Positions 16,253 through 32,143 of a DNA stretch of 64,000 bases are shown here, piece by piece. Made by a program: the position numbers and the translations under genes. The notes beneath the pieces were generated by a model. It made no database searches, was not told the DNA's origin, and was given only the letters and a program-made list of their open reading frames with translations. Location of the stretch: NCBI GenBank assembly GCA_032430995.1, contig GCA_032430995.1_3952.1, one strand, 5' to 3'. How positions within the stretch are numbered: position 1 is the stretch's first letter; each line of letters starts with the position of its first letter. The stretch is from a phage.

Positions 16253-17605
16253 ATGTGGAATCCAATTGTTAATGTAGATATTACATTGAACACCGCAGGA
16301 ACTACAAGAGAAGGTTTTGGGCTACCACTATTTTTAGCTTCAACAGATAACTTTGAAGAAAGAGTCCGTGGTTACACTTCCTTAACTGAAGTTGCTGAAG
16401 ATTTCGATGAAAACTCTGCTGCATATAAGGCTGCTAAACAACTTTGGAGTCAGACTCCTAAAGTAACTCAGCTTTATATTGGTAGACGTGCTATGCAGTA
16501 CACTGTATCAATTCCTGATGAGGTTACTGAGAGCACCGACTATTCTTTAACTGTAGCTGTGAGCGGTGGAGTTTCTCAGCCATTCCAGTACACTTCACAG
16601 TCAGAAGATACTGCTGAGAAGGTGCTACAGCAGCTTAAAACTCAGATTGAAGCAGAGCCTTCTGTAAAAGACCTTGTTACCGTCAATGTAACTGGTGCTG
16701 GTGGTTCAGCAACAATGGTAATCACCAAAGCGGGTGACAATGACTTCGTGAAGGTTACCACTACAGCACAAACAGTGTCAATTGCAAGTACAACTGCTGA
16801 CACAGCATCGACTGCTCTGGCAGCTATTGAGGCTTATTCAACTGACTGGTATTTCATTGCAGCAGAAGATAGAACTCAACAGTTTGTCTTAGCAATGGCT
16901 TCTGAGATTCAAGCTCGTAAGAAGATTTTCTTTACAGCTAACTCTGATGTAACAGCCCTACAAGGCACAGAATTAGCCAGTGCAAATGATGTTCCAGCAC
17001 AGCTTGTTAAGAGTCAGTACACTCGTACCGTTTGCTTGTGGCATCACACAGCAGCAGAAGACTATCCAGAAATGGCATACATTGCTTATGGCGCTCCGTA
17101 TGATGCAGGTTCAATTGCTTGGGGTAACGCACAGTTAACTGGCGTAGCTGCTTCTCTACAGCCATCTAATCAGAGACCTCTGACAAGTATTCAGAAGTCA
17201 GCTTTAGATGCACGTCACTGTAACTTTATTGACCTTGATGGTGGTGTTCCAGTGGTTCGTAGAGGGATTACTTCTGGTGGGGAATGGATTGATATCATCC
17301 GTGGTGTTGACTGGTTAGAATCAGACCTGAAAACTTCTCTGAGAGACTTGCTAATTAACCAGAAGGGTGGTAAGATTACTTATGATGATACTGGTATTAC
17401 CCGTATTCGTCAAGTCATTGAAACCTCTCTGCAAAGAGCAGTCAACAGAAACTTCCTGTCATCTTACACAGTTAATGTTCCTAAAGCCTCTCAAGTTGCT
17501 TTGGCAGACAAGAAAGCTCGTATCCTGAAAGACGTTACCTTCGCAGGTATCTTAGCAGGGGCTATCTTGGATGTTGACTTGAAAGGTACAGTGGCTTACG
17601 AATAA
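16253..17605 (+). CDS. major tail protein, sheath-like (putative tail sheath)
   Basis: 450 aa, followed by a 148 aa tube-sized gene, chaperone pair and tape measure: myovirus-type gene order. Confidence 0.5.
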   Translation: MWNPIVNVDITLNTAGTTREGFGLPLFLASTDNFEERVRGYTSLTEVAEDFDENSAAYKAAKQLWSQTPKVTQLYIGRRAMQYTVSIPDEVTESTDYSLTVAVSGGVSQPFQYTSQSEDTAEKVLQQLKTQIEAEPSVKDLVTVNVTGAGGSATMVITKAGDNDFVKVTTTAQTVSIASTTADTASTALAAIEAYSTDWYFIAAEDRTQQFVLAMASEIQARKKIFFTANSDVTALQGTELASANDVPAQLVKSQYTRTVCLWHHTAAEDYPEMAYIAYGAPYDAGSIAWGNAQLTGVAASLQPSNQRPLTSIQKSALDARHCNFIDLDGGVPVVRRGITSGGEWIDIIRGVDWLESDLKTSLRDLLINQKGGKITYDDTGITRIRQVIETSLQRAVNRNFLSSYTVNVPKASQVALADKKARILKDVTFAGILAGAILDVDLKGTVAYE

Positions 17606-17620
17606 TAGAGGTAAATTGGA

Positions 17621-18067
17621 ATGGCTATGTATCAGCAATATTCCCCTAAAGACGTTGTGTGTAGCTGGAATGGTATTGCTATTGAAGGCTTTGCCCCAGA
17701 CTCATTCTTACGTCTACAGAGAACATCACCACTTGTGACACCAGTTGTAGGTGCAGGTGGTCAAGTTGCTCTGACAAGAAATGCAGACAAGACAGGTACT
17801 ATTGAGATTGAGCTAATGCAGACTTCTCTCTCTAACCAGATGCTTTCTGCAATTCAAGCTAAACAAGACAATATGGAACTTGAAGAAGATATCTCTTCTA
17901 ACTTCGTAATCTACGACCCATCAGGCTCTGTTCTGGCAACTGGTATTAATGCTTGGTTGCAGGAATTACCACAGATTGAACTTGGTCGTGACCAGAACTC
18001 TAAGACTTGGATTTTTGGTTGTGAGAAGCTAGACTACACTTCTACAATTCCAGCGTCAAGTGTTTAA
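17621..18067 (+). CDS. tail tube protein (putative)
   Basis: 148 aa; between sheath-like gene and strong terminator; precedes chaperones. Confidence 0.5.
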   Translation: MAMYQQYSPKDVVCSWNGIAIEGFAPDSFLRLQRTSPLVTPVVGAGGQVALTRNADKTGTIEIELMQTSLSNQMLSAIQAKQDNMELEEDISSNFVIYDPSGSVLATGINAWLQELPQIELGRDQNSKTWIFGCEKLDYTSTIPASSV

Positions 18068-18079
18068 TAAATCCTATAA

Positions 18080-18112
18080 GGGGGAGACTTTAAAAGGTCT
18101 TCCCCTTTTTTG
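18080..18112 (+). terminator. intrinsic terminator after tail tube gene
   Basis: GGGGGAGAC-TTTAAAA-GGTCTTCCCC hairpin followed by TTTTTTGTTTCTTTT. Confidence 0.7.
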
Positions 18113-18140
18113 TTTCTTTTAAAAATATTAAGGAATCACA

Positions 18141-18539
18141 ATGAAAACAGAATCTAGAGTAATTAATGGTAAGAAAGTAAATATCGTTCTGCTTGGGGCA
18201 AGAGATGGTATTAAGATGTCTATGAAGTTGGGTAAAATTGTTGTTCCAACCTTTGCACAGATGCTGTCAAGTCTGACTGATAAAGACAAGAAAGAAGCTC
18301 CAATGGTTCCATTTAAAGAACTTGTTGAAGCTTGTTTTGACAGAATTGAAGAAATTAACCTTGAAGAAATGGCTACCTTACTATTTCAAGGGGCGACTGT
18401 TGATGACTTCCCACTAAATATTGATACCTACTTCCAAGCAAACTACGGTGAATTTATTGATTACTTAGCATTTGCGCTGGAGGCAAACTTCGGAAGTTTT
18501 TTCGAAGCAAGCATTTTCAAAAGCCTAACTTCTCAGTAA
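18141..18539 (+). CDS. tail assembly chaperone (G-like)
   Basis: 132 aa acidic protein directly upstream of tape measure; contains slippery heptamer near 3' end. Confidence 0.6.
   Translation: MKTESRVINGKKVNIVLLGARDGIKMSMKLGKIVVPTFAQMLSSLTDKDKKEAPMVPFKELVEACFDRIEEINLEEMATLLFQGATVDDFPLNIDTYFQANYGEFIDYLAFALEANFGSFFEASIFKSLTSQ
18497..18503 (+). other. programmed -1 ribosomal frameshift slippery site (T TTT TTC)
   Basis: X XXY YYZ heptamer in frame of chaperone ORF; -1 shift enters the frame of ORF 18542-18781 with no intervening stop. Confidence 0.6.
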
Positions 18540-18541
18540 AC

Positions 18542-18780
18542 ATGGGTAACACTCTACAGACACCACTGACTGATGCTGCTGTAGAGGCAACCTATGAAGA
18601 AGCAGACGAGATGAAATTTGTGCTTGCTATTTATGGTATGGAAGGGTGTAAAGAAACACTTGACCAACTCTTTGCTATGACATTCTCTGATTTATTATCA
18701 TTGAGACAATTTCTTGAGATTCAGAGGTCGTATAAAGAGGAAATTGCTTACAACGAACTTAGAAGAGCAGGAAAAATGTA

Positions 18781-18781
<1 letters not shown>
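18542..18781 (+). CDS. tail assembly chaperone frameshift extension (GT-like C-terminal part)
   Basis: 79 aa ORF in -1 frame relative to 18141-18539, ending at tape measure start. Confidence 0.5.
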
Positions 18782-24165
<5,384 letters not shown>

Positions 24166-24166
<1 letters not shown>

Positions 24167-25635
24167 TGGCAGGACTAACTACAACAGGATTACAAACTCT
24201 AAGATATCAGGAGATTTTTGATAATATCAAATCAAGACTTCTTAGAGATATTTCACCAAACCTTGACGTCTCTGAAGACAGTCAATTAGGTCTCTTCCTA
24301 GCTTCAATTGCAAGGTCTTTAGCAGATACTCATGAGATTCTATCAGAAATCTACGATGGGGGTACAATTGATAAGGCTGAAGGCTTTAACCTTGATGATA
24401 TTACAGCTTTAAATGCGGTATACAGATACGTTGCTCAGGCAACAAGAGGTCAAGTTGAGTTTACTGGAACTACTGGTGCTACCATTCCTTCAACAACAAG
24501 ATTAAGAAGTACTGCCGGAAACATCTTTTATCCAGTTAATAACATTACTCTTACTCCATCATATTGTGTTGAAGCTACCCTTGAAGTTAACTCTTTACGA
24601 ACTGATGCAGATTATGTTATTATTATTGATAACGTCATTTTCTCATATAAACCAACCTCATTAGATACAATCACCACGCTGCTAACAAAATTAGCAGAAG
24701 CTATTAATGGTGGTATTGTAGCAAAAGCAGAAGTCATTAATGATGGAGCCGCATTAAGAGTCTATAAAGATGAAGGTGATATCATTGCAAGAACAAACCC
24801 TATGGTTGTCACTGCAACAACGTTTCTGACCTTTACAAAGATTACAACTATCTCAGATGTAGTAGCTGAAGAGGTTGGTGCTATTCCTGCTTTAGCTGGA
24901 ACTCTTATTGAGATTGAGACAACTGTTGATGGTCTTGACAGCATCTATAACAGGTATGACTTAACGACTGGTAGAAACGAAGAAACTGACACAGAACTTA
25001 GACAGAGATATTTAGAATCCTTAGCAGTTACTGGTGTAGGGACTTTGGATGCAATTGTAGCTGCTGTTAAAAGAGTTCAAGGTGTCTCAGATGCTTCAGG
25101 TGTTGAGAATGATACTGAAGAGACAAACTCAGAAGGTCTTCCACCAAAATCTTTTAGGATTGTTGTAGTTGGTGGTCAAAATGATAATGTTGCTCAAGCA
25201 ATCTGGGATACAAAACCTGCTGGTATCAGGGCTTATGGCTCAATTTTTGGTACAGCCTATGATTTAGGTGGTCTGGCACATAATATCTATTTTAGCAGAC
25301 CAACACCAAAATACGCATTTGTTAAGGTGTCTTACTCATTATATGACGAAGAAAGTTTGACAATCCCTGAAGAAGATATCAGAGATAGTATTGTGCAAGG
25401 TATTAACGCCTACGGAAGAACTCTTAAGGTTGGTAATGATGTTATCCCTAACAGAATTTATGGGTACATCTATGACGTAATCAAAGGTATTGAGATTAAT
25501 GAGGTGAAAGTAGCATTATCAAACAGCCAATCAGTTCCACCTAGTGACGGACAATATACTACAGCAAGAATTACTGTTGACGGTGACCAATATACTGTTT
25601 GGGAAAGTAGCCAGTATACCATCACTAAGGAGTAA
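24166..25635 (+). CDS. baseplate J-like protein (putative)
   Basis: 489 aa; gene order W-J-I. Confidence 0.45.
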
Positions 25636-25637
25636 TA

Positions 25638-26492
25638 ATGTTTGAAAAGATTGATAGTGTTTATTATAAAACACTTGATGAAAGGACTGTAACACAGTTT
25701 AAAGATAAATTTATCTATACAAGTATCTTGAAAGCAATCACTGATGAGCTACAAACACTAGAGGATGTTTGCTGGCAGATGCACACAGAGAGAAATATCA
25801 GGACGTCAGTAGGTCAACAACTTGATAATATTGGCTCACTGATTAAAGTTCCTAGACCTTTAGGTGCTGATGATGAAACATACAGAGCTATGCTTTATAT
25901 CCAAATCTTCCTAAGACGTTCTGATACTACTCCAACATTCTTGCAAAAAGCAATTATGACATTGTATGGTGCAACTTTCTCTCAGATTTTTGAGCATATT
26001 ACTCCTAAGACTGGTGGTATCGTTATCCGTATTAATACTAGAAAAAGCGTTCTTGATGCTGCATATACACTGTCAAAGATTTCTGCAACAACCACTGGTT
26101 CCGCTGTTATCTTAAGAGATGTTACTTTAAATGGGACTGCTTGGACACCTGTAGAGGTTGCTGATTCATCACTTGCTATTGTTGATGATAAAGAGAACTG
26201 GTTTGTAACTGATGCTAACAGAGGTCTGGTCACAAATAACACTGGTGGCTCTCTGGAGTCCAACCTAGTAGGGAGTCTTGCAGATGCTGGTGTTATTGAT
26301 GGTTACTTTAAGGTTGACAGAACAGCAAACTCACAGAGCGATGATTATATGACTGTAGATAGGTCTAATAAGAGTGGTTATTTCATCGTTGGTAAAGAAG
26401 CTATTGCAGGTGGTGCATACGGAATCATGGCTGAGGTTGCACAAATTGTCAAAGGCAGAAAAGATAAATCACAACAAGAAGGAAATTCTTAA
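25638..26492 (+). CDS. baseplate/tail fiber attachment protein (gpI-like, putative)
   Basis: 284 aa; precedes tail fiber genes. Confidence 0.4.
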   Translation: MFEKIDSVYYKTLDERTVTQFKDKFIYTSILKAITDELQTLEDVCWQMHTERNIRTSVGQQLDNIGSLIKVPRPLGADDETYRAMLYIQIFLRRSDTTPTFLQKAIMTLYGATFSQIFEHITPKTGGIVIRINTRKSVLDAAYTLSKISATTTGSAVILRDVTLNGTAWTPVEVADSSLAIVDDKENWFVTDANRGLVTNNTGGSLESNLVGSLADAGVIDGYFKVDRTANSQSDDYMTVDRSNKSGYFIVGKEAIAGGAYGIMAEVAQIVKGRKDKSQQEGNS

Positions 26493-26794
26493 TGGCAGTT
26501 CTAAATTGGTCTACAAACGAAGTAGATACTGATGGTAATCAGTTAAAAGTTTTACCACCACCGGAAGTTCAAGAGACAGGTCTTTTAAAGGGTGAGCCTA
26601 TGGGTAGACAGTGGTTCAACTATATTATCAACTACCTGCTGAATAAAGTAAATGGCACTGTTGGTGAAGTTCGTTCATATGCAACTGAGCAACCAGATTT
26701 AGTGGCTAATGGCTGGAACCTCATTAAGTCTGAGACAGGGACTGCATCAACAAGTACAAGAAACCTTTACACATATGAATATGTAGGAGCTTAA
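26492..26794 (+). CDS. hypothetical tail protein
   Basis: 100 aa coupled ORF. Confidence 0.35.
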   Translation: MAVLNWSTNEVDTDGNQLKVLPPPEVQETGLLKGEPMGRQWFNYIINYLLNKVNGTVGEVRSYATEQPDLVANGWNLIKSETGTASTSTRNLYTYEYVGA

Positions 26795-26796
26795 TA

Positions 26797-27972
26797 ATGG
26801 CAGTAGGTGAAATTCAAATTAGTGCCTTGCCACAAGCGGCCTTACCAATTGATTTGAGTGATATCTTCCACCTTAAGCAAGGTGTTGAGGATAAAAGATG
26901 TACGCTTGAGCAGTTGTTAGCACCTCACGCATCTCTGAGGAATAATCCTCATGGTGTAACTAAATCACAAGTGGGTCTTGATAATGTTATTAACTCTCTT
27001 CAATTAGTTGCAACTAATAACTTGTCAGACATTGTGAATGTTGCTGAGGCAAGAGCAAATCTACAAATTATGTCGTCAGAGGAAGTGAATAACTTAATTC
27101 AGCAACATATTGACGACAAAAGTAACCCACACAATACAACGAAAGCACAGGTTGGTTTAAGTAATGTTCAGAACTGGACAACATCTAATCTGTACAATGA
27201 AGATGCTGATAAGTATGCTACAGCGAGAGCAGTGAATAACTTATACAAAGCTATCCAAGCATCATATCCAGTGGGGACTATTCATCTGTCTGTTAACTCT
27301 GCTAACCCATCCACTTACTTGCTTTGTGGTGGCACTTGGGAGTTAGTTTCTAAAGGTAGGGCACTAGTTGGTTATGATACAGATTCTAGACCTGTTGGTT
27401 CAATGTTTGGTTCTCAGACTGTAGCATTAACAAATAATAATTTACCAGCACATACTCACTCTATCTACCTAACAGGTGGTGGTCATACACACTCTGCAAG
27501 TGTATCTATCTCTAGTTTTGATTATGGTTCAAAAAGCACATCAACTTTTGATTACGGTACAAAAACGACTAATAGTGCTGGTGCTCACACTCACACGTTT
27601 AGTGGCACAACAAGTAATGCTGGTAACCACAACCATAGAGTTCCTATGAGGGGTAATGATAGGGGTGGCACAAATGCTATTACTGCATCTGCTGATGCTG
27701 GTGTTGGTAATGCTATGTATACTGATTTAGCTGGTGCTCACACCCATAGCTTCTCAGGTACAACTGCATCATCTGGTGCTCATAGTCATACTGTCGCAAT
27801 TGGTGCTCACAGCCACACTGTTAATATTGGTTCGCACAGTCATACAGGCACTGTTACTGTTTCTAGCTCTGAGCATACACACTCAGGGACAACTGGTTCT
27901 GTTGGTGGTGGTCAAGCATTCAGTGTTGAGCAGCCATCTTTTGTAGTGTATGTGTGGCAGAGAACAGCTTAA
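26797..27972 (+). CDS. tail fiber protein with C-terminal His-x-His repeat tip domain
   Basis: repeated HTHS/HSHT/HNHR motifs and Gly/Ser/Thr-rich repeats resembling the metal-binding tip of T4 gp37-type fibers; C-terminus similar to next gene. Confidence 0.7.
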   Translation: MAVGEIQISALPQAALPIDLSDIFHLKQGVEDKRCTLEQLLAPHASLRNNPHGVTKSQVGLDNVINSLQLVATNNLSDIVNVAEARANLQIMSSEEVNNLIQQHIDDKSNPHNTTKAQVGLSNVQNWTTSNLYNEDADKYATARAVNNLYKAIQASYPVGTIHLSVNSANPSTYLLCGGTWELVSKGRALVGYDTDSRPVGSMFGSQTVALTNNNLPAHTHSIYLTGGGHTHSASVSISSFDYGSKSTSTFDYGTKTTNSAGAHTHTFSGTTSNAGNHNHRVPMRGNDRGGTNAITASADAGVGNAMYTDLAGAHTHSFSGTTASSGAHSHTVAIGAHSHTVNIGSHSHTGTVTVSSSEHTHSGTTGSVGGGQAFSVEQPSFVVYVWQRTA

Positions 27973-27981
27973 TTTCTTTAC

Positions 27982-28003
27982 AGGGGCTTTATAGCCCCTT
28001 TTA
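27982..28003 (+). terminator. terminator-like hairpin between the two fiber genes
   Basis: GGGGC-TTTATA-GCCCC hairpin followed by TTTT. Confidence 0.4.
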
Positions 28004-28018
28004 AGAGGAAAACTTATA

Positions 28019-30559
28019 ATGGCAGATTACAAATTGAGTCAATTAAACTCAATCGACACAATTCGTTCAGAAGACCTATTGCACATCAGAGTTAAGAAAA
28101 GACCTGAAATGTTGGGTGATGAAGACCGTAGAATGACCTATCAAGACTTCTTAGCTTCCTTCAAACTAGAAAGGTTTGTTCAGATTGCTGGAAGCACTAT
28201 GACTGGGGATTTAGGTATTGTCAAGTTACTTTACGGTGGAAAGTCTGTATTTGACCCTACAGGCTCTTCTGAGATTACTATTGGGGATATTTTAAAGACT
28301 TTTAAAATTAACGCAAACGGTCTTAAACTAACTATTGCAGATGCTTCAAGGTCAGCAACTGTTTATCATACTCTGAATAAGCCAAGTCCTAATGAGCTTG
28401 GTATGAGGACTAATGAAGAGAATGATGCAAGATACGCAAGACTTGCTATCACAAACACATTCTCTGGAACTCAAAATATTCAAGGTGATGCTAACTTACT
28501 TCGCCTTAGAAACCAAAATGCAAATAATGCACAATATATTGAAGGTGTAAACCTAGATGGTTCGGCTAGATGGTGGGTTGGTATTGGTAGTAATGGCTCT
28601 GACGAAGTAAAGCTGTACAATAACAAATACAACTCAGCCTTGACTGTTGCAAGTAATGTCTCTGTTAATAAGTCTTTAGCAATCACTGGTCAAGTTCAAC
28701 CTTCAGATTTCTCTAACTTAGATGCTAGATACTTCACTCAGACAGTTGCTAATCAGAGATTTGCACAGTTAGCTGCTAATAATAATTTCACGGGCACTAA
28801 CACGTTTAGTAGAAATCTAACTATCATTAGTGACAGTGCTGCTTTAAGGTTGAAAAATGCAACAGCTAGCTCACTATTCATTCAGGGTGTTGACTCTCAG
28901 AACACTAACAGGTGGTATGTAGGGAACGGGGATAACACAGCCTCTGTGCTGCTACACAACTATGTACACGGTTCAAATATCAGACTTGATAATGGCTATA
29001 TCTCAGTCAACCAGAACTTCAGAATCACTGGTCAAGTTCAACCTTCGGATTGGACTAATATTGATTCTAGATATATTCCGGCAGCCACATTAAGTACAAT
29101 TGCAAGAACCAATGCTGCTAACACATTCTCTGCACAACAGGTTATCAACTCTGATGGTGAAGCTCTTGCGTTAAAAGCAAAAACTGCATCGTCATTATTT
29201 ATTAGAGGGAAGGCTGTTGATGGAACCAGCAAGTGGTATATCGGTAATGGTGATGCCAGTGATATCTTAAACCTGTATAACTACAAGACAGGTAAAGGGC
29301 TTAACATTGGTTCAGTATTTGAAATGAATGCAACTTTAGCAATCACTGGTCAAGTTCAACCTTCAGATTTCTCTAACTTAGATGCTAGATATTTTACTCA
29401 AAGTGCTAGTGATAGCAGATACCTGAGAATCAGAAGCACCAGTTTTAATTTAGGAAACGATGAAAAGTGGGCTAAAATCGCTACTGTTGTAATGCCACAA
29501 TCAACATCTACAGCAGTTATTGAGGTTTTTGGAGGTGCTGGTTTTAATGCGAATAACCCATACCAATCAGGCAAGTGTGAAATTGTTTTACGAACATCAA
29601 ATAATAATCCAAAGGATTTAAATGCTGTAGCTTGGAGAACAGCAGATAATGCCCTCATCACGGATATTGGTTACGTTAACACTTCTGGTGACACTTATGA
29701 TATTTACTGTAAGGTTGGAGGCTACCAAAATTCTACGGTATCTAGGGTTCAATCTTCTAGTAATGCAAGTGTACAGTTGTTTGAAGTCCCACAGACATTT
29801 GATGATGCTCCACAAGGTATTGTGAAGGGTACAATTGCAAAATACTACACAAGTTTGCAAAAACCAACCCCTTCAGATATTGGTGCATACACTAAAGCAG
29901 AAACTGACCAGAAGATTGCAGAAGCAATTAGTGACTCTACAGACCTGAATAAAATCTATCCAGTAGGTATTGTAACGTGGTTTAACAGTAATGTTAACCC
30001 TAATACAGCACTTCCTGGGTTAACTTGGACGTACCTGAATAATGGTGTTGGTAGAACTATTAGAATTGCAGCAGCAAACGGTTCAGATGTTGCTACAACT
30101 GGTGGTTCAGACTCTGTAACGTTATCTGTTGGTAACTTACCTTCACATACACACAGTTTCTCTGCTACCACTTCATCATTTGATTATGGTACTAAGACTT
30201 CTAGCACAACTGGTAACCATAACCACAACAGAGGTACTATGGAGATTACTGGTTCATTTGGTTACTTCAGGAGTGACACTAGCAGCTTCTACACAGCAAG
30301 TGGTGCATTCCACCTCGGTAGTCAGGCAGGTTCTAAAGGGTATACTGGTAATAACTTTACTAATGGTATCCCTGTCAACTTCAACGCATCAAGAAACTGG
30401 TCTGGTGTAACGAATACAACAGGTAACCACAGCCACACTGTTGGTATTGGTGCTCACAGCCACACAGTTAGTGGTAACACTGGTGGTACTGGTTCTGGTT
30501 CAGCATTCAGTGTTACTAACCAGTTCTATAAGTTAATGGCTTGGGTAAGAACTGCTTAA
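28019..30559 (+). CDS. long tail fiber protein with internal shaft repeats and His-x-His tip domain
   Basis: 846 aa; three copies of about 110 aa repeat (LAITGQVQPSDFSNLDARYFTQ); C-terminal HTHSFS/HNHN/HSHTV motifs as in upstream fiber. Confidence 0.75.
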   Translation: MADYKLSQLNSIDTIRSEDLLHIRVKKRPEMLGDEDRRMTYQDFLASFKLERFVQIAGSTMTGDLGIVKLLYGGKSVFDPTGSSEITIGDILKTFKINANGLKLTIADASRSATVYHTLNKPSPNELGMRTNEENDARYARLAITNTFSGTQNIQGDANLLRLRNQNANNAQYIEGVNLDGSARWWVGIGSNGSDEVKLYNNKYNSALTVASNVSVNKSLAITGQVQPSDFSNLDARYFTQTVANQRFAQLAANNNFTGTNTFSRNLTIISDSAALRLKNATASSLFIQGVDSQNTNRWYVGNGDNTASVLLHNYVHGSNIRLDNGYISVNQNFRITGQVQPSDWTNIDSRYIPAATLSTIARTNAANTFSAQQVINSDGEALALKAKTASSLFIRGKAVDGTSKWYIGNGDASDILNLYNYKTGKGLNIGSVFEMNATLAITGQVQPSDFSNLDARYFTQSASDSRYLRIRSTSFNLGNDEKWAKIATVVMPQSTSTAVIEVFGGAGFNANNPYQSGKCEIVLRTSNNNPKDLNAVAWRTADNALITDIGYVNTSGDTYDIYCKVGGYQNSTVSRVQSSSNASVQLFEVPQTFDDAPQGIVKGTIAKYYTSLQKPTPSDIGAYTKAETDQKIAEAISDSTDLNKIYPVGIVTWFNSNVNPNTALPGLTWTYLNNGVGRTIRIAAANGSDVATTGGSDSVTLSVGNLPSHTHSFSATTSSFDYGTKTSSTTGNHNHNRGTMEITGSFGYFRSDTSSFYTASGAFHLGSQAGSKGYTGNNFTNGIPVNFNASRNWSGVTNTTGNHSHTVGIGAHSHTVSGNTGGTGSGSAFSVTNQFYKLMAWVRTA
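28681..28740 (+). repeat. intragenic near-identical repeat, copy 1 (tail fiber shaft)
   Basis: 60-mer at 28681-28740 nearly identical to 29341-29400 (3 mismatches); diverged third copy near 29021-29080. Confidence 0.8.
29341..29400 (+). repeat. intragenic near-identical repeat, copy 2 (tail fiber shaft)
   Basis: see copy 1; 660 bp period corresponds to two protein repeat units. Confidence 0.8.
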
Positions 30560-30638
30560 TCCCTTGTTGACTGATTGTTAAGATGGTGTTAATATTCTTT
30601 ATAGGTATTCTCACCATCTTGGCTGATGAGGTGATTAA

Positions 30639-30833
30639 ATGCCTACAATCCTAGCAATTCTTCTAAAAAATCTAGGTAGCTTCTTCTGGAAACTCATTTT
30701 ATCCCTTCTAAGTGAATACATGATTGAGAAAGTGTTCTTTAAGCTTGCAAGATACCTTGCGAGTAAAACAGATACACCTATTGATGATGAGTTCGTAGAT
30801 AACTTAGAAAAAGCTTTTAAGGGGGAGAAATAA
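30639..30833 (+). CDS. hypothetical small membrane-associated protein (holin-like candidate)
   Basis: 64 aa with hydrophobic N-terminal region, after fiber genes. Confidence 0.3.
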   Translation: MPTILAILLKNLGSFFWKLILSLLSEYMIEKVFFKLARYLASKTDTPIDDEFVDNLEKAFKGEK

Positions 30834-31205
30834 ATGAAGTGGCTAGAGGAAGCTTTTAAAAATAATATTGGTGCAATTGTAGTTGGTATTTTTAGTGTTA
30901 TTGGGATGTATACCACTATGCAAGTCTCAAGTGGTAAGCAGGAAGTGTCTGTCACAACAAAGTTACAGCAGCTAGATAATTATTCCAAAAGTAACTATTC
31001 AGCTATTCGTGATTTACAGTCTGACATGAGATTGATTCAGCTAGGGATGGAGAACCAGAAAGTTCAGTTAGAGAATGTTAAGGGTGAAAACGCAAAACTT
31101 ACCAAAACCCTTGATAAATTCTCTGACAGTGTGAACAATCTGGCTCAATCAGTATCAGCCTTGCAAGCTATTACTGAAAAGAACACAAAGAATACTGAAA
31201 AATAA
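30834..31205 (+). CDS. membrane protein with periplasmic coiled coil (spanin/holin-like candidate)
   Basis: 123 aa; N-terminal TM helix (IGAIVVGIFSVIGMY) followed by coiled-coil-like region. Confidence 0.35.
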   Translation: MKWLEEAFKNNIGAIVVGIFSVIGMYTTMQVSSGKQEVSVTTKLQQLDNYSKSNYSAIRDLQSDMRLIQLGMENQKVQLENVKGENAKLTKTLDKFSDSVNNLAQSVSALQAITEKNTKNTEK

Positions 31206-31211
31206 AATTTA

Positions 31212-31240
31212 AGGCTCCCGTAAAAAGGAGCCTTTTTTGT
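31212..31240. terminator. bidirectional intrinsic terminator between convergent late and early blocks
   Basis: GGCTCC-CGTAAAAA-GGAGCC hairpin with T runs on both sides. Confidence 0.7.
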
Positions 31241-31242
31241 TT

Positions 31243-32142
31243 TTACTTACCTACTGACAGAGGTGCTTCAATCTTTCCTGCATGTTGGTAGTTGTAAATG
31301 CCACCAATAAAATCACTTGCAGTAAGGTGTTTTAGGTCACTTAGTGTGTTAAGTGGTACACCAATCTCAAAAGTAGGTGCATGGAACTCTTCATTGTTCA
31401 TCAGTTCATAAACCTGCTTCATATGGTTCTGATAAATCTGGGTATCCCCAAAGACACCTATCAAGTACCGTGGAGTGTATCCAGTCATCTTACAAAGAAC
31501 TTCTAAGATGAAACCATAAGACGCAATATTAAACGGAAGTCCTAAAAAGGTGTCTACTGAACGTTGATACCACTGTAAGTCAACTTCACCCTCATTAGTG
31601 ATATAAATCTGAAACAGAACATGACAAGGTGCTAAAGCCATTGAGTTTGCTGCAATATCTGCTGCATTCCAAGCATTAACAAGCATGTAACGGTCTGTGA
31701 TATCACCCTTCATCTTCGTTACTAAGGTCTCTAGCTGGTCTACAACACAACCATTATGACCTTCAAAGTTTCTCCACTGAACCCCATAGATTCTCCCACC
31801 TGCATCTTCTAACCAATCTTGTTCAGAAGAATAATTAGAACTTAACCAGCGTTTAAAATCATCTGACCAGATAGTCCAGCGTTCTCCGTCATTTTCATCC
31901 CAAGTACGGTAACGAAGTTCACCCAGCTTATTCTCACCATTCAGGAACCATAAAGCCTCCCCAATAACTTGCCGTGTAAACACCTGTTTAGATGTTAAGA
32001 GCGGGAAACCAGTCCTCATATCAAAACGAAACTGAGGTGGAGCAAAAGCAGAGATAACATCTCCAGTTCGTGTAGTACGCAGTTCACCAACGGATAAAAC
32101 ATGGTTCAGGATATTTTTGTAACTTGTATCTGCTTGTGACAT
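31243..32142 (-). CDS. thyA: thymidylate synthase
   Basis: 299 aa; ThyA signature blocks LPFNIASYGF and LAPCH (catalytic Cys). Confidence 0.85.
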   Translation of the reverse strand: MSQADTSYKNILNHVLSVGELRTTRTGDVISAFAPPQFRFDMRTGFPLLTSKQVFTRQVIGEALWFLNGENKLGELRYRTWDENDGERWTIWSDDFKRWLSSNYSSEQDWLEDAGGRIYGVQWRNFEGHNGCVVDQLETLVTKMKGDITDRYMLVNAWNAADIAANSMALAPCHVLFQIYITNEGEVDLQWYQRSVDTFLGLPFNIASYGFILEVLCKMTGYTPRYLIGVFGDTQIYQNHMKQVYELMNNEEFHAPTFEIGVPLNTLSDLKHLTASDFIGGIYNYQHAGKIEAPLSVGK

Positions 32143-32143
32143 A

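Noticed and set aside
27400-30500. Possible CRISPR-like array suggested by periodic His-rich/GT-rich repeats
   Set aside because: The repeats are in-frame coding repeats within tail fiber genes, with no CRISPR-style repeat-spacer architecture; no CRISPR array is present in the window.
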